Shown: positions 1-12,600 of the stretch, piece by piece | Position numbering within the stretch: the first letter of the stretch is position 1 | How the letters are laid out: every line of letters starts with the position of its first letter | Source: Setoptus koraiensis | Lineage: Eukaryota > Animalia > Arthropoda | Assembly (NCBI GenBank): GCA_048013815.1 | Contig: CM106586.1 | Coordinates: 5,084,001-5,148,000 of the forward strand | Length of the DNA: 64,000 nt | Direction: 5' to 3' | Position numbers and translations under genes: made by a program | Notes under the pieces: model-generated | Told to the model about the DNA's origin: nothing | The model's database searches: none | What the model saw: the letters and a program-made list of their open reading frames with translations, nothing else

Positions 1-2151
1 GCGCCCTCGCGGCCACTGGCGGCTGTTAAACCCATTAGAGCGTTCGCGCAAATTATCCGCTCGCCGGGCCTGGCCAGCGGCGCAGTGTGCGGATATTTGC
101 GATTGTGCAGTGCGGCACAGTTGGCCGAAAGTGGCCAGAAATGAGTGCTCGCCAGCAGCGTTTATTTGCTACGGCAGCGCCTATATCGCCGTTATATGGC
201 CAGCGGTAGCGGGCCGTCAGTGGCCGATAATGGCAGCGCCGGACACAAGTCGGCGGCGCGAGCCGCGACACGCCAAACAAACAAACAAATAAACGAAGCA
301 ACAGGTAACGGGCATCATTAGCCGCCATTTATCCGTCGCTTATTTGCCCGTGCGGACATTTATACGCGCAGCCATTTACAAATGTATAAATGTAGCGATT
401 TATAAATGTGGCCGCGGTCGCCCACTCGGCGCGCCATGCGGGCCGCCGTGCGATCCCGCGGAGGCGCCGCCCGAATGTCGCGTCCGCGCGCCATCGGGTC
501 GGTGCCGTCGAGTGCGCTAATTGTTTGCAATTGTGAACTGTTCGCGACTGTGCGCCATCGCAAACAATGTTGAAAATTGTCGAGTTGCCCAGTTGGCAAC
601 ATTGCACGGCAATGTTCGCAGTTTCGCCCGCTCGCATCACACGAGTTGCACGTTTCGCCCGCTGCCCGACCGGCCGGCCCGCCGCCAGTGACAATTGCGC
701 CTCCGCGCCGCGAGCGGCCACCGGTGGGCGGGAGCAGAGACAATCGGCTGCCGGGGACAGTCATTATTTTATTAGTTCATTAACTTTCGCCGTTCCTCGC
801 CTGCTCTACTCCGCACCACTGCACCGCCACGCTGCACCACTACTCTAGAACCACTGCACCGCTGCTCTAGAACCACCGCACCGCTGCTCGACACAACCGC
901 TCCACGACTCGGCACAACTGCTCTGCACCTCTGCACCTCTGCACCGCAGAACTGGCCAATTCTCGTCTGCGCCGGCGATTGTTCGCTCGGCTCGGTGGGG
1001 CCAAACGGCCGACGCTGGCCTACCTGGCCTAAACTCGGTGGCTGGCCACCACACAAAACAGTGTGCGTTGTGCTAATTGGCCAACATGCGAATTGCAACA
1101 ATTGTGTTTAGCTAATTGTGTTCACTTTGGCCACTAGAATCCGAGCGCAAGTCCGATGCGAGTTCGAATGCGAGTTCGAACTCGCAACTGCAAACTTGGA
1201 ACTTGAAACTTCGAACGCGAACTCGAACTGCGATTCGAACGGCTAATGGACGTTCGACATGCGACGCGACGGTGCGACTAGGTGGTCTGCGGCTTGCACA
1301 ACGAGCCACAAGTCAGCTGACCGTTGCGAGTAGCCGAGTAGCGGTTCATTGAGAGACTGCAAGCTATGCACAGTACACACTGCATGTACGAATGCAAATA
1401 AATATAAAAAGTATAAATATATGAGTATGCAAATGAGCCAATGTGGCCACCAATTTGCAGGGGCCGCGCTCGGGCCATCGCTCGTAGATGGCGCTGCGTG
1501 TGAGTCTGACAATGAAATCGCCAGACAATACGGACGACATCTAAAATCTGTGTGTGTGTGTGTGCATTTACAATGAAATAAAATTTTAATGCGCATTGTG
1601 TGTCCATTAGCGCCCGGTTGGCCGGTGCTCCGGGCCGGGTTTTGGTCAGCGGTCGGTACGGGCATTGTGGCACAATAATTGCTGATTGTTTTTTGCGGTC
1701 ACTCGCGGTGCAGCGTGCACCGCGCGCATCGGCCGGCCACATTGAGTCCGTTATCTCGGCCTCTCGGTTTTATTGAATTTTTCTTTATTGAATTCAATTG
1801 GACGGAGTGCTCACTGGTTCGATTTGGCTGGTTCGCGTTCGACTGGCGGCGTTCGATGGCCGACGTTCGAATCGCGAGTCGGTGCGCTCGTTCGTCATGT
1901 TGAGCCCGATAACGATCATCGGCGCAAAGTGCTCAAGTGGATGCAAAGCAGCAACAACAAGAGAAGCCGCATCATCGACAAATTGCACGACCTGCTCTCA
2001 AATTGAGAGTCTCAATGCAAAATCGCCGGCCAAATCACGGCCGGCAACCGCATTGTTCGAGCCAACACCGTTAACACGTGCATTACCTGTTGGTCTGTGC
2101 GGCTGGTCATCGCCGAAGCAGTTGTCGGCCGCGCTACACTTCGGCCGATTT

Positions 2152-2303
2152 CGGCTTCCTCGGCTTCTTCGGCTTCTTCGGCTTCTTCGGCTTCTTCGGC
2201 TTCTTCGGCTTCTTCGGCTTCTTCGGCTTCTTCGGCTTCTTCGGCTTCTTCGGCCGCGTTCGGCTTCTTCGGCCGCGTTCGGCTTCTTCGGCCGCGTTCG
2301 GCC
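2152..2303. repeat. 9-bp tandem repeat (CGGCTTCTT)n, 10 perfect copies, followed by a 19-bp higher-order variant (about 3 copies)
   Basis: Read directly; source of the spurious EAE/PKK/SRR/FGF/LLR/SAS ORFs. Confidence 0.97.
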
Positions 2304-4644
2304 ATCGGCACAGAATTGGCCAGAATGGGCCCATCGCGGCCGAACGCTGCCCATCGCCGTCATCTGACTGTGCGACCGTGCACTTGTGAGCGGCTCGCTG
2401 TCATTCGTTGGCGGTGCCAACAACCGACGGCAGCCGACAACAAGTGCACACGAAAGGATTCCCATCGCGCATCATGATCGATTAGAATCTCAGCTGTCTC
2501 GCACTGTCAGCCGCGTCGGCCCGTCAGCTGTCCCGGAATGTCAGTTGTGTCGGAATCTCGCCCGTGCGCCCGTCCGTCTGTGCGAGCTGCGGCCGGGCCG
2601 GCGCTCGGTGCGCGCCGATTAGACATCTATCAGATTAGCATCGGTTGCGGCTGCCGGTTGCGGGTTGCGCCCACTCGGCCGAGAGCTGCTCGCGACCGCT
2701 TGAGCCCAGCGCTCGCGGGACGAATGAGCGACCGTGGCCAGCGCTCGCGGGACAAAATGAGTGGCCAGCGGAATGGAAAGCGGCCAATTTGCACCTCTGG
2801 CCATCGCTGGCCGCTGCTGTGGTCAGCGGCCAGCGGTCAGCGCAAGTGTTGTCAATCATGTTTGCTTTTGGCCACCATTCAGCCAAATACGCTGTTGAAA
2901 CAGATACAACCTTTACATATATACAATGTATACAATGTAAAAGTATAAGTGGCCATACTTAGATGGTCGCTCGTCGTGAGCTCAGCTTCAGTATTTAAGT
3001 TTCTGCAATATTTGAGTGTAATATTTGCGAGTCGAGGCCTCGTGACAAAGTCGTGATTGACCAATCGGGCCGAAGTGCAACGCAGCGAGCTGGCCCAAGT
3101 GCAAACAATGCTGGCCGGCAATTAAAAACACGTTGGCTCATTTCGTTTGCGTTCATCGTGTTGCTGTCGGTATTTTTGGCGCTGGCGAGCCGCACGAAAG
3201 TGCGGGCCGGTTGCTGAAAAAGCCGAGCCGAGGGCAGCGTCGCTCTCATTTACATCGGACCACTGACCGCCGTTGCGGTCGGCCGAGCGGCCGCTCGGGC
3301 GCAGGCGGCGCTGGCAGGCGGCGATCGTGAACAATTAAGTTGGGCACGATTTATTAATCAATATCACATGTTTCGTGTTTTGCTTTCGCCGTCGGCTGGC
3401 AACCCAACAGCAACAACAGCAACGACCACAGCGGCAACAACAGCAACAACAACAACAGCAACGGCAACAACAGCAGCAACAACAGCGCCAGCAACAACGA
3501 AGGCAGCGGCAACAACGACGACGACAAGTGACGGCTTCAAATTAACAGCTTTTCGCTGTTGTTGTTGGCGTTGTTGTTACTTTGTTGCTCATGGCTCTCG
3601 TGATCGCTGCCGGCCCGAGCCGCGAGTGCGTGCGCTCAGCCCAGGCCCGGTATCCGCCAGCCGAGCATCGCAAAGAGCATCCAAAATATAAGAATTGACT
3701 CAATATCCGCAGCTCCAAAAGTATCAAAAGTCTGTGCGGCCGACGCGCCCGCAACCGCTAAAGTATCCGCAAAGTGGAACGAGTGGCACGGCAATTCATT
3801 TGCACGGTGCGGCCGGGCCAAAAGTAGAGCACGACTCGGCGCGGATCCGCCCGCCGGCGCTCGCAACGAGCCGCAGATGCTGCCGAGGGCAACAATGGCG
3901 CCCGAATCATGAAATCATCGATTCGGCGCGTCATCGATTCGGCGCATCATCGAATCGCAAAATCATGGAATTGATGGGACCGTCAATGGCGACATGCAAG
4001 CGCCCAATCACATGCACCGTCTCGGCGCGGAACCGTAGAGTTGTATGGATTCATCGAATCATGCGGGATCATCGAATCGGGCGCAATCGTCGTATCACGG
4101 CCGAATCGATGTGTGTGAAATCATCGAGAATCGTAGAAGCGGTTAAATGGTTGAGCGGCTAAACGGCTAAATGGCTGAATGGCAGACGAGCGAGCAGCAG
4201 AATTATGGAAAAATGATCGGCTTCGCAAGGGCAAACATTTCGGCAACATTTCGGCCCGACGAGGCGGCTTCTCGGCCCGACGAGGCGACTTTTGAGCAGC
4301 GTTCTGCTCCAGATGATTTGATAGATAAGCGTGGAGAGATACGCTCTCGATGTGAGCCATTTCGCCGGCGCTTCTATGGCCCGTCTGGGGCATGTCGCCG
4401 CGCCATTCTTCATCTTCGGGGCTCGTCATCAGGTGAGCATGACAACATCAACAATGGGCCACCTTTCGCCCGTTCGCTTCGGTCGGGCCGCTTCGGCGGG
4501 CGAACGCTTTGCACGCTGTGGCGCTGGCACCGGTCGCCGCGGCCCGCTCGCCGTGACCCCGTGCGCCGGGGATCGCCCTCAATCAGTGCCCGGCCGACCA
4601 TTGAAGGGGTTCCCCACTCGTCGCTATCGCCGGCCCCAATCTCG

Positions 4645-4679
4645 TGTCAATGGTGCGCCACCGTGGCGCACCATTGACA
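4645..4679. repeat. Near-perfect palindrome, 17-bp arms with 1-nt spacer
   Basis: TGTCAATGGTGCGCCAC-C-GTGGCGCACCATTGACA. Confidence 0.97.
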
Positions 4680-5756
4680 ACCGGCCCACTGGCGACAACC
4701 GGCGACAACCGAGAACTGAGTTCGAGTGCAGGGGCCCGCGCTTCGAATTCGAACGGAATCGCGAAGAATCGTCGGCGTTCGACGGCGTTCGACGGCGGCT
4801 CACAAGAGGCGCTCACGAGGGGCGCGTCGAATCGACACAGCAAAAGAATTCTTTGCTGTTTTTGTTGTTTTTGTTGCTGTCGGTGTCGTCGAGAGCGAAG
4901 CGAATCGATTCTCGAATCGGTTCGCCATTGAGCCGTCGGGCCGCCGGGTCTGCGATACGGTGCGCCCGTGGCCATTCGGGCCTGCGTGCCATCGAGCGGA
5001 GGGTCGGGCGCGGGCCACCAGGTGGCGCCGGGGCGGCGAGCGGCCGGCGGGCCGGCGTTCGCAAGTTGCGAATTGCAACTGTTTTGCGGGCGATGTGCGC
5101 GTCGCAGCGCGCATTTGCGCGCATCAGAGCGCACTATTATTTGCAGAATGTTATTACATTACATGTAGTTGTTGAGCGCAGCTACTGCGCCGCCCGCGAG
5201 TGGGGCAGCGCGATGCGCACAAGTGAGAGTCGTCGTGCGTTTGTGTGTTGGTCGGGGCGTAGTGCGCATCGCGAACGGTACTGGCGAGCGTGCGCACAGC
5301 GGCAGCGGCGCGGCGGCACAGCGAACGTGACAGTGGCTGAGAATTGTGCACAGCGACAGTCATTCGAGAATAGCGACGCGACGAGGAAGAAGCGACAACA
5401 ACCGGCGAGACACCGACAACAACAATAGATAGCGACGGCCAGCCAGCCAGTCAATCAATCAATCAAGCCACCGAGCCAGCGCCCGACAAGCAAGAAGGCA
5501 GCCGAAAGGCGAGAAGACAGCGTTAAATAGACGCCAGAGAGGCAAATAAAACACAAAATACAAATAGAAACGCGAGATAAAATACAAATAAAATCGCCAG
5601 ATAACCGCCGATTGAATCGCAAGTGACACAAGCGCACAAAAGAGTCCGTTGGCAGTATTTGCAGTGTGTGCAGTGATTTTCAGCATTTTCAGCGTTTGCC
5701 GTGATTTTCGGTATTTGCAGCGCTCGGCCGTGATTTTCGGTATCTGGCAGCGAAAG

Positions 5757-6642
5757 ATGCACCAACAGCAACAAATGAAACGCCAACAAATGACGACGGC
5801 GCCACTAAGCTACTCGCGCTGGCACTGGCTGCTGCGAAGACACCTCTGCCAAGACCATTGTTCGCCCGCCGCCGGGCAGCGCGACAACAAGTGCCCACGA
5901 AACGCCCACCTCGCCCATTCCCGTCGCCTCGAGCACAGCAAGCACAACCACGACAACAACCGCAACAACCACATCAACAGCATCAACAGCATCAACAACC
6001 ACAACAACCACAACAACCACATCAACAGCCACTACATCAACAACCAAGACAACAACCAAGACAACAGCAGCACCAACAACCACAACAACGGCAACCTCCG
6101 GTGCGCCGCGCCCGACAAGAGGCCGTCGGCCCGCTGCTACCTGACAATGATACTCGTGATATGCGCGGCCCTCACCGCGCCGCCCCCTCCCGCCACAGAT
6201 ACAGATAATATAACAACAAGCTACTCATGTGATAGTGACAAGTCAACAATCAATGCTCACAGCGGCTCATTGTTCAGCACCAATTTTGTGTTGTTCGCCC
6301 AAGCGGCAGCAGCGGCCGCCGGGCCGGTCGGCAGCGGTGCACCGGTCGGCGCAAACAGCGCGCTGGTCGGCGCGGGCAGCCCGTCCGACGGGGCCAGCGT
6401 GCAGCCGGCGATGCAGCAGCAAGCTGTGCTGCAGCAGCCACCGCCGCCGCCGCCACCGCCGCCCTCCTCTTCGGCCACCATGATGCGGCCCACAATATTC
6501 AGTGATGCCACGGGCATAGTGACATCGCAAAATATGGGCCCCATAATAGCGGCGCCCCCGTTATTGTCAGTAGTGTCACCGACCAACCAGCAGCAACAGC
6601 AAGCTAACAGCGCCTTATCGTCGCCGCTGACCGACAATCAAG
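5757..6642 (+). CDS. Probable first coding exon of the Ddr-like gene (N/H/Q/P-rich leader containing a hydrophobic signal-like stretch)
   Basis: First ATG (5757) of the long ORF 5649-6746, just after an acceptor-like ttttcggtatctggcag (5750). Contains hydrophobic CYLTMILVICAALTA (internal ATG 6147). Ends at a consensus AG|GTAAGT donor (6643) in phase 1, which joins exon 39370 in frame. No homology evidence; the link is inferred from phase and signals. Confidence 0.55.
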
Positions 6643-9600
6643 GTAAGTCACTCAACAAAACAACAAAATACCCCCCAAAATACCCCCCAAAATACCCCAG
6701 TGATGTGAAAGTCGAAAGTGAGATAGCCCGCGCGCAGCCGGCTTGAAAGTGAGATGCCCCGAGATACCAAGAGGATTTCGGTGGAGGAAAGTGGCGCCGA
6801 GTGGCGGCTATCACAATGATAATGGTGACAATATCGCACCTTGGGCTTCCTTTTACGCGAGATAAACCCTTCGTCTTCTCGTCTTTTGTTTATGGCTTGC
6901 ATTTTTACAATTTTGCAACTTTTGCCAGCCCCTGGGCGAGTGTCTTATCTGTCTGACGCTTGTTCTCGATATTGTTGTTGTTGTGCGATATTGTTGTCGT
7001 TGTTGTGGGCACATTGGCATGTGATGTAATCGGCATGGCATGTGTCGTATTAATATTAATTCGTCGACAACTTCCTAGTGACGGCGCTCAAGGCTGGCCG
7101 GCCCGTCGAGTGGGATCGCAATAATATCGCACAATACGACATTATCGCATACGGCGCCAGCGCTCGTTTCGCAGCACGCCAAACAACATCGTGTCAATGA
7201 GCTATAATAACATAATAATTTAATAATATAATAATAGAATAAGCAAGCGATCGCAAGCGAGCGACAGCAAACAAGCGACGAGCTGTCGACGAACCGTTAC
7301 AGCCGCTAATTTGTCGGTGGTGCTCACAACAACAAGTCGCTCGCCAGACAAACGATCGTTTCGCGTCAGATTGCCCGTCACCCGACAAGAATTGGCCAGT
7401 GGGCCCGAGCGCCGAGTCTCCGATTTAAGAATCTCCTAATTTAAGAATCTCCGAATTTAAGAATCTCCGAATCTAAGAATCTCCGAATCTAAGAATCTCC
7501 GAATCTAAGAATCTCCGAATTTAAGAATCTCCGAATTCGCAAATTTAAGAATTTCCGAATCTGCGAACCGAAGCAGTCGACAAGCAGCGACAAGCCGCCG
7601 CCCGAAAGATTCGCTGAAGAATCGCCCGCAAGACTCGACAGAAAGACTCGACAGAAAGAATCGCCCGCAAGACTCGACAAAAAGAATCGACAGAGAGAAT
7701 CGCGCAATCTAGAACAGCTCGAAATCAATTAGCTCGCCAGCAGGGGCGGCCAGCGAGCGTGATTGCGCATTGTGTCGATTGTACTGTTAATTGTGCAATT
7801 GTAATTGTGGCCGCGTAGTGGCAGAGTCAGCAACAACCGCAATTTGGCAACAGCAACAACCGCAAACTGGCAACAACAACAGCAACAACAATGGCCCCAG
7901 CAGCAGTTATAATCACAGCAGCGATAACGGTTTGCACAATGGCGATAATAACAACGCCGGCAGCGGCAATTAGCGGCAACGAGCTGTTATTTGACGAGAC
8001 GGATTTCAACGAAAACAACCGCTCGCCTTGGACATTTTTAGCGCAAAACAAGCGCGGCCTCGACGCGGGCCTGTTCCTGTCCGGCCCGTATCCCGTTGCC
8101 CTGGTAACGGGCCTGTACCTGTTATTTGTGTGCTATTTGGGCCCGCGGGTGCTGATGGCGCGCCGGCCGGCCTACAAGCTGGAAACGGTGATCAGATTGT
8201 ACAATTTGAGCATGGTGCTGGCCAGTTGTTGGTTGCACATTCGATTGATGGGGGCCGTCGGAGGTTGGTCAAACTTTTTCGATTGTTCCAAGACATTTAA
8301 TTTGCAGGACGGCTCATCGCAGGCCATTGTAACAATGGGCAATTTTATAATAAGCATACGCGTCATAGAGTTTTTAGACACGATATTTTTCGCGCTGAGA
8401 AAAAAAACAAACCAAATGACATTCTTGCACATATTTCATCACGCATTCGTGCCCCCGTACGCCTATTGGATATTGCGCACGGCCCCAATTCGTTACAATG
8501 TGTTCATAATAACGCTAAACTCCATAATACACATCATTATGTACAGCTACTATTTTTTGTCCACCTACGATCAGCAAAAATATCCGTTGGTGCGCAAATT
8601 GTTATGGTTTAAACGTTATATGACCCAAATGCAATTGGTGCAATTTGCCATGATAGCCGCCTATTCAATTTGGGTTTTTAATCAACACCAACATTGTCAT
8701 GTGCCCCTGCGTTACATTGGCTCAAATTTTCTCATTTCAACGGGATTTTTGACCTTATTTTGGCACTTTTACACGGTGGCCTACGCGGCGGCAGCCAAGC
8801 AACAAGCGCCAAATCACTCGAATCACTCGTCGAGGGGCCAACAGGAAGCGCCGGACAAGCGCCGCCTGCGACAATTGATGGAATCAAACCCCGCCAAGTA
8901 TTACAACGAGCCCGGCTTCTACGAAAACAAGGGCTTGATGCACCACTAGACGCCATTGCACAACATAACACAACATTACATAACATTACATAGGACACGT
9001 TACATAACAAGCCGGCCTAATTAGAGCGGCTAGATTGGCGATCGTTGTCGCGACACTGTCTGGCAATCACCGCATCACTATCATTGTATCACAAGCCGAT
9101 ATTATTAAATATACATGCTCGATCGGAGGCGCTGGCCGCTGTCTGTCGATGCGGCACGCACAATGCTACTATTACGCCCAACATAAACTAAAAATATCCA
9201 TTTCGACATTCCATTGACAGCAACAATGGAAGCTCTTGCGCAACCGTCGAGCTCGTCGACGATGTGATTCGATTCTCGCCCGTCCCGTCGAATCTTCGCT
9301 GTCGGTGTCGCTGTTGTCGCTGTCGATACTGCCTTGGTTGTCGCTGTCGATGTTGCCGCGGCCGCTGTCGTTGTTGTCGGCGATGTCGCTGTCACACTTG
9401 AGCAAAGACGAACCGTCCGCAACTCGTTGCGAATCTCGGCCGTTTGCGAGCGAATTTGCGAGCGAATTTGTGAATGAACAGGCCCGATTGGCGGCCTTGC
9501 CCGGCCGGCCGCCGGACAGCCCGACCAGCCCGAGCGCGCCGAGCAAGCCAAGCATGGCCCGATCGGGCCGAAGTCGGCCATCGCGAGTCATTCCGCTGGC

Positions 9601-12600
9601 GACTCGGCGCTGCGTCGGCGTCTCGTTCGAGTGGCTCTCGCGGCTCCAGTGGCTCTGGCGGCTCGAAGCCGCTCGCCGTCGGTTGGTGCGTTCGAATTGC
9701 GAGCCGGTGCGCTCGGTTCCATTCGAAGCCAGTTGACGCGTCGGCTGCGGCGCTCGCAGCGGCGAGAATCGGCCCGAGCGGCCGTCGCAGGTAGCGGCCG
9801 GCCAACAACCTTCAATGCTCTTGGGCTGCATTACGCGCCGTCGGGCTGCACCATTGCGGCTGCACCGCGCACCGCGCACCGTGCACCAGGCGTTAGGTGG
9901 GGGCATAATCATCATCGATGCATTACATAATAATGATCATCATCATTTAGTGTGTGTATGCTCACTGTTTCGTGACTCGCTCTGGGCCAGCTAAAACAGT
10001 GCAGCAGCAGCGCCAGCCGAGCGGCGATAACAACGTCGCTGGCACTAGATTATTGCCAGAAATTGATGTTGTTGTTGTTGTCGGTGGTTGCTGCGTTCGC
10101 TGTAGCGGCGGTTGTTGCGTTCGACGGCGGTTGTTGCGTTCGCTGCAGCGCCGGTTGTTTGCTCGGTCGGCTGTTTGTCGTTGCTGGCCGGCGCTTATTG
10201 TTCGTGAGATCGACTGTTGGCCGTAATGTTGCGTTTGTGCATTGTTCGGCCGGCGAGCGTGTGTTTTATGCGGTTATGCAAGCCATGCGGCCATATAGCA
10301 CCGCCGTGCAGCACGCCAGCCGCGGGATACGCCATTGGATGTGCCATTGGATGTGCCCGGCTCGCTTCGAACGGCCGCCAATTCGAATCCGAGGCTTCGA
10401 ACGGCCGCCAATTCGGACTCGAATTCGCGGCTTGAGTCGAGGCTGCGAGTCGAAGCGTTCGGGTCGCTCGCTGGCCGGCGCGTTGCTCACTGGCACTCAG
10501 CGGTTGTTTGTGTTGCGTCACTGCTCGCCGTGGCTGGTTGGGCGAGCGGCCAGGTGAGCTGCCGCTGTCGCAATGATACTTGATCACGGCAGCCGCGAGC
10601 CCCTCGCCTGACGGCCGCCTACCGGCCGATTACTGGCCAATTACTGGCGAGCCCACTGCAAACAGATTGAGAGATATAATCGATTTTTCACTGCGGCTAC
10701 CGTACCAACTTGGCCGCACCACAAAGGTGCGGCGCGCAATCGGGCGCTCGTCGGGCGCTAGTCGGGCGCTAGTCGGGCACGCCACTCGGGCCACTCGGGC
10801 CAATCCGTCCAATCGGGCCAATCCGTCCGATCGGGCCAATGCGGAATGGCAGTCACACATCGGGCGTTGGGACAACAGACGTCGGGTGTCCGACCCGGCC
10901 GACGCGCACAATCTCGACGCAGTCGACGCGCTCGCTAGATCGCGGGACGGCCCGACATTGCGTGCCCGACGGGCCGACCAATGATTGCCACAATCATGGC
11001 CATGATTGGCCCCACCGGCGAGCCACGGTTTATTTGCTGGTGCGTTGTGCGTGTTTGTGTCTGCTTTTTGCGGGCGAAAACGCAAAAAAAGCGCCTTACG
11101 TGCGCGCCGGCCCGACGAACGCCGCGCCACGAGAGGGCAATCGCCCGAGCGGCCGGCGCAGCGCAGTGCCTGTCGGCCAAACTGGGCAATAATTTTTAAT
11201 AATAATGGTTCACTTTTGAAATTGTGGGCCCGTCTCGCTCGGGCTGGCTCTGGCTCGCTGCGTGTCGCCCGTCTGGCCCGGTCTGGCGCGTCACTGTGCA
11301 AAAAGTGGCCCAAAGCGCAGATAATTTCGGCGATCGGCGGGCCCGTTGCGAGTGAACGGGCGAGCGGGTAAACGGGCGAGCGGCGCACGGCGGCGGGCCG
11401 TCGGAGATTGCGGATCTCGAGTGGGTGCCCGCCAGCGCACATAAAAGTGCACTTGTTTACGAGATTGCCGCCAGCCCGGCCGTCTAGTGGCGCCAGACGC
11501 CAGCGCGGCCAGACGGCGCGAATGAAAAGAAATGGGATAGATATAAAATAAAATAAAATAAAATAAATTGATGGCCCTTGACTTGGCTCCTGATTTACGT
11601 GTTACGTCATGTGTCGTGCGTCTCGCGTGCGCGTGCCAGATATCGCTCGTCGGGCCGCATATCTGGCCCAATATCTGCGCTGCGCCCGACCGTCTGCTCG
11701 AGTGTCGGCCCCCGATGCATTGAGCGCATTGGGGCGCCTATAAGCAGGCCACGCTCACCGCCACATAATGCACGCCAAGGTACACATAAATTGCGTTAGG
11801 GGCCCCTCTCGCCTTTCGTCTTCGTTTCGCCCCTCGCGCCTTTGCGCCTCCGCTCGCGCCCTCGCCAGAAAAAGAAGCTTTTTTTCTCTGGCGCGCCTCT
11901 CAAGTGTATAAAGAGCATTATTGGCTCGCGTGCGAGGTCACACTACTTACCTCACCAGCGTCGGGCAGCGTCGGGCGGCGTCTCGCGGTGTCTCGCGGCG
12001 TCGGGCTTGGCCGGCCCATAATGGCTGCACAGTGAGCGGGCGACAGCCCCAAATTATGTGCACTCTCCTCGCTGGCTGGCGGCCGACGCAACCGGAAGCG
12101 GCCCTTTCACTGGCACTTTTGTGCGGTCTCGGCCGCGGCGGGCCGGCCTATAGGGCACAGTTTACAATCTTGGCTTTTTTCAGTCGTTTCAGTGCGTCTC
12201 AGTCCGCTTTAGCCCGTTTCAGTCCGTTTCAGTTGGCCAGCGGGCAGCCCGACCGACCGACCGAGCGCCCGACCGGCTGACGGGACACAATGACGGCGAC
12301 ACAATGACGGGCATGAAACGATTGGGATAAACAGGCCGACAACGGGCGCCAGCGGGCCTGCCGTCCGACGAAAATTGGCGGATTCAAATGGGGCGACAAC
12401 GGGCGGCACGAAAAAAAGCACGCCCAGAAAACAAATTATTACGTGATCACGCGAGAATAAGGAGCCAGCAGCTTAGTCCGTCACTGCACGCGCCCTCTTA
12501 CCTGGCCCGTGCGCACACTGTCAGTGGGCCCGCAACAACCGCTGGCAAGATTGTAATTTGACAGCCGTCCAAACAGCGGTGCCATTGTGAGCCCGCGCCA

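Noticed and set aside
4331-5428. 365-aa plus-strand ORF
   Set aside because: Arg/Ala/Gly-rich, no recognisable domain, overlapped by equally long ORFs in other frames; typical of stop-poor GC-rich repeat DNA.
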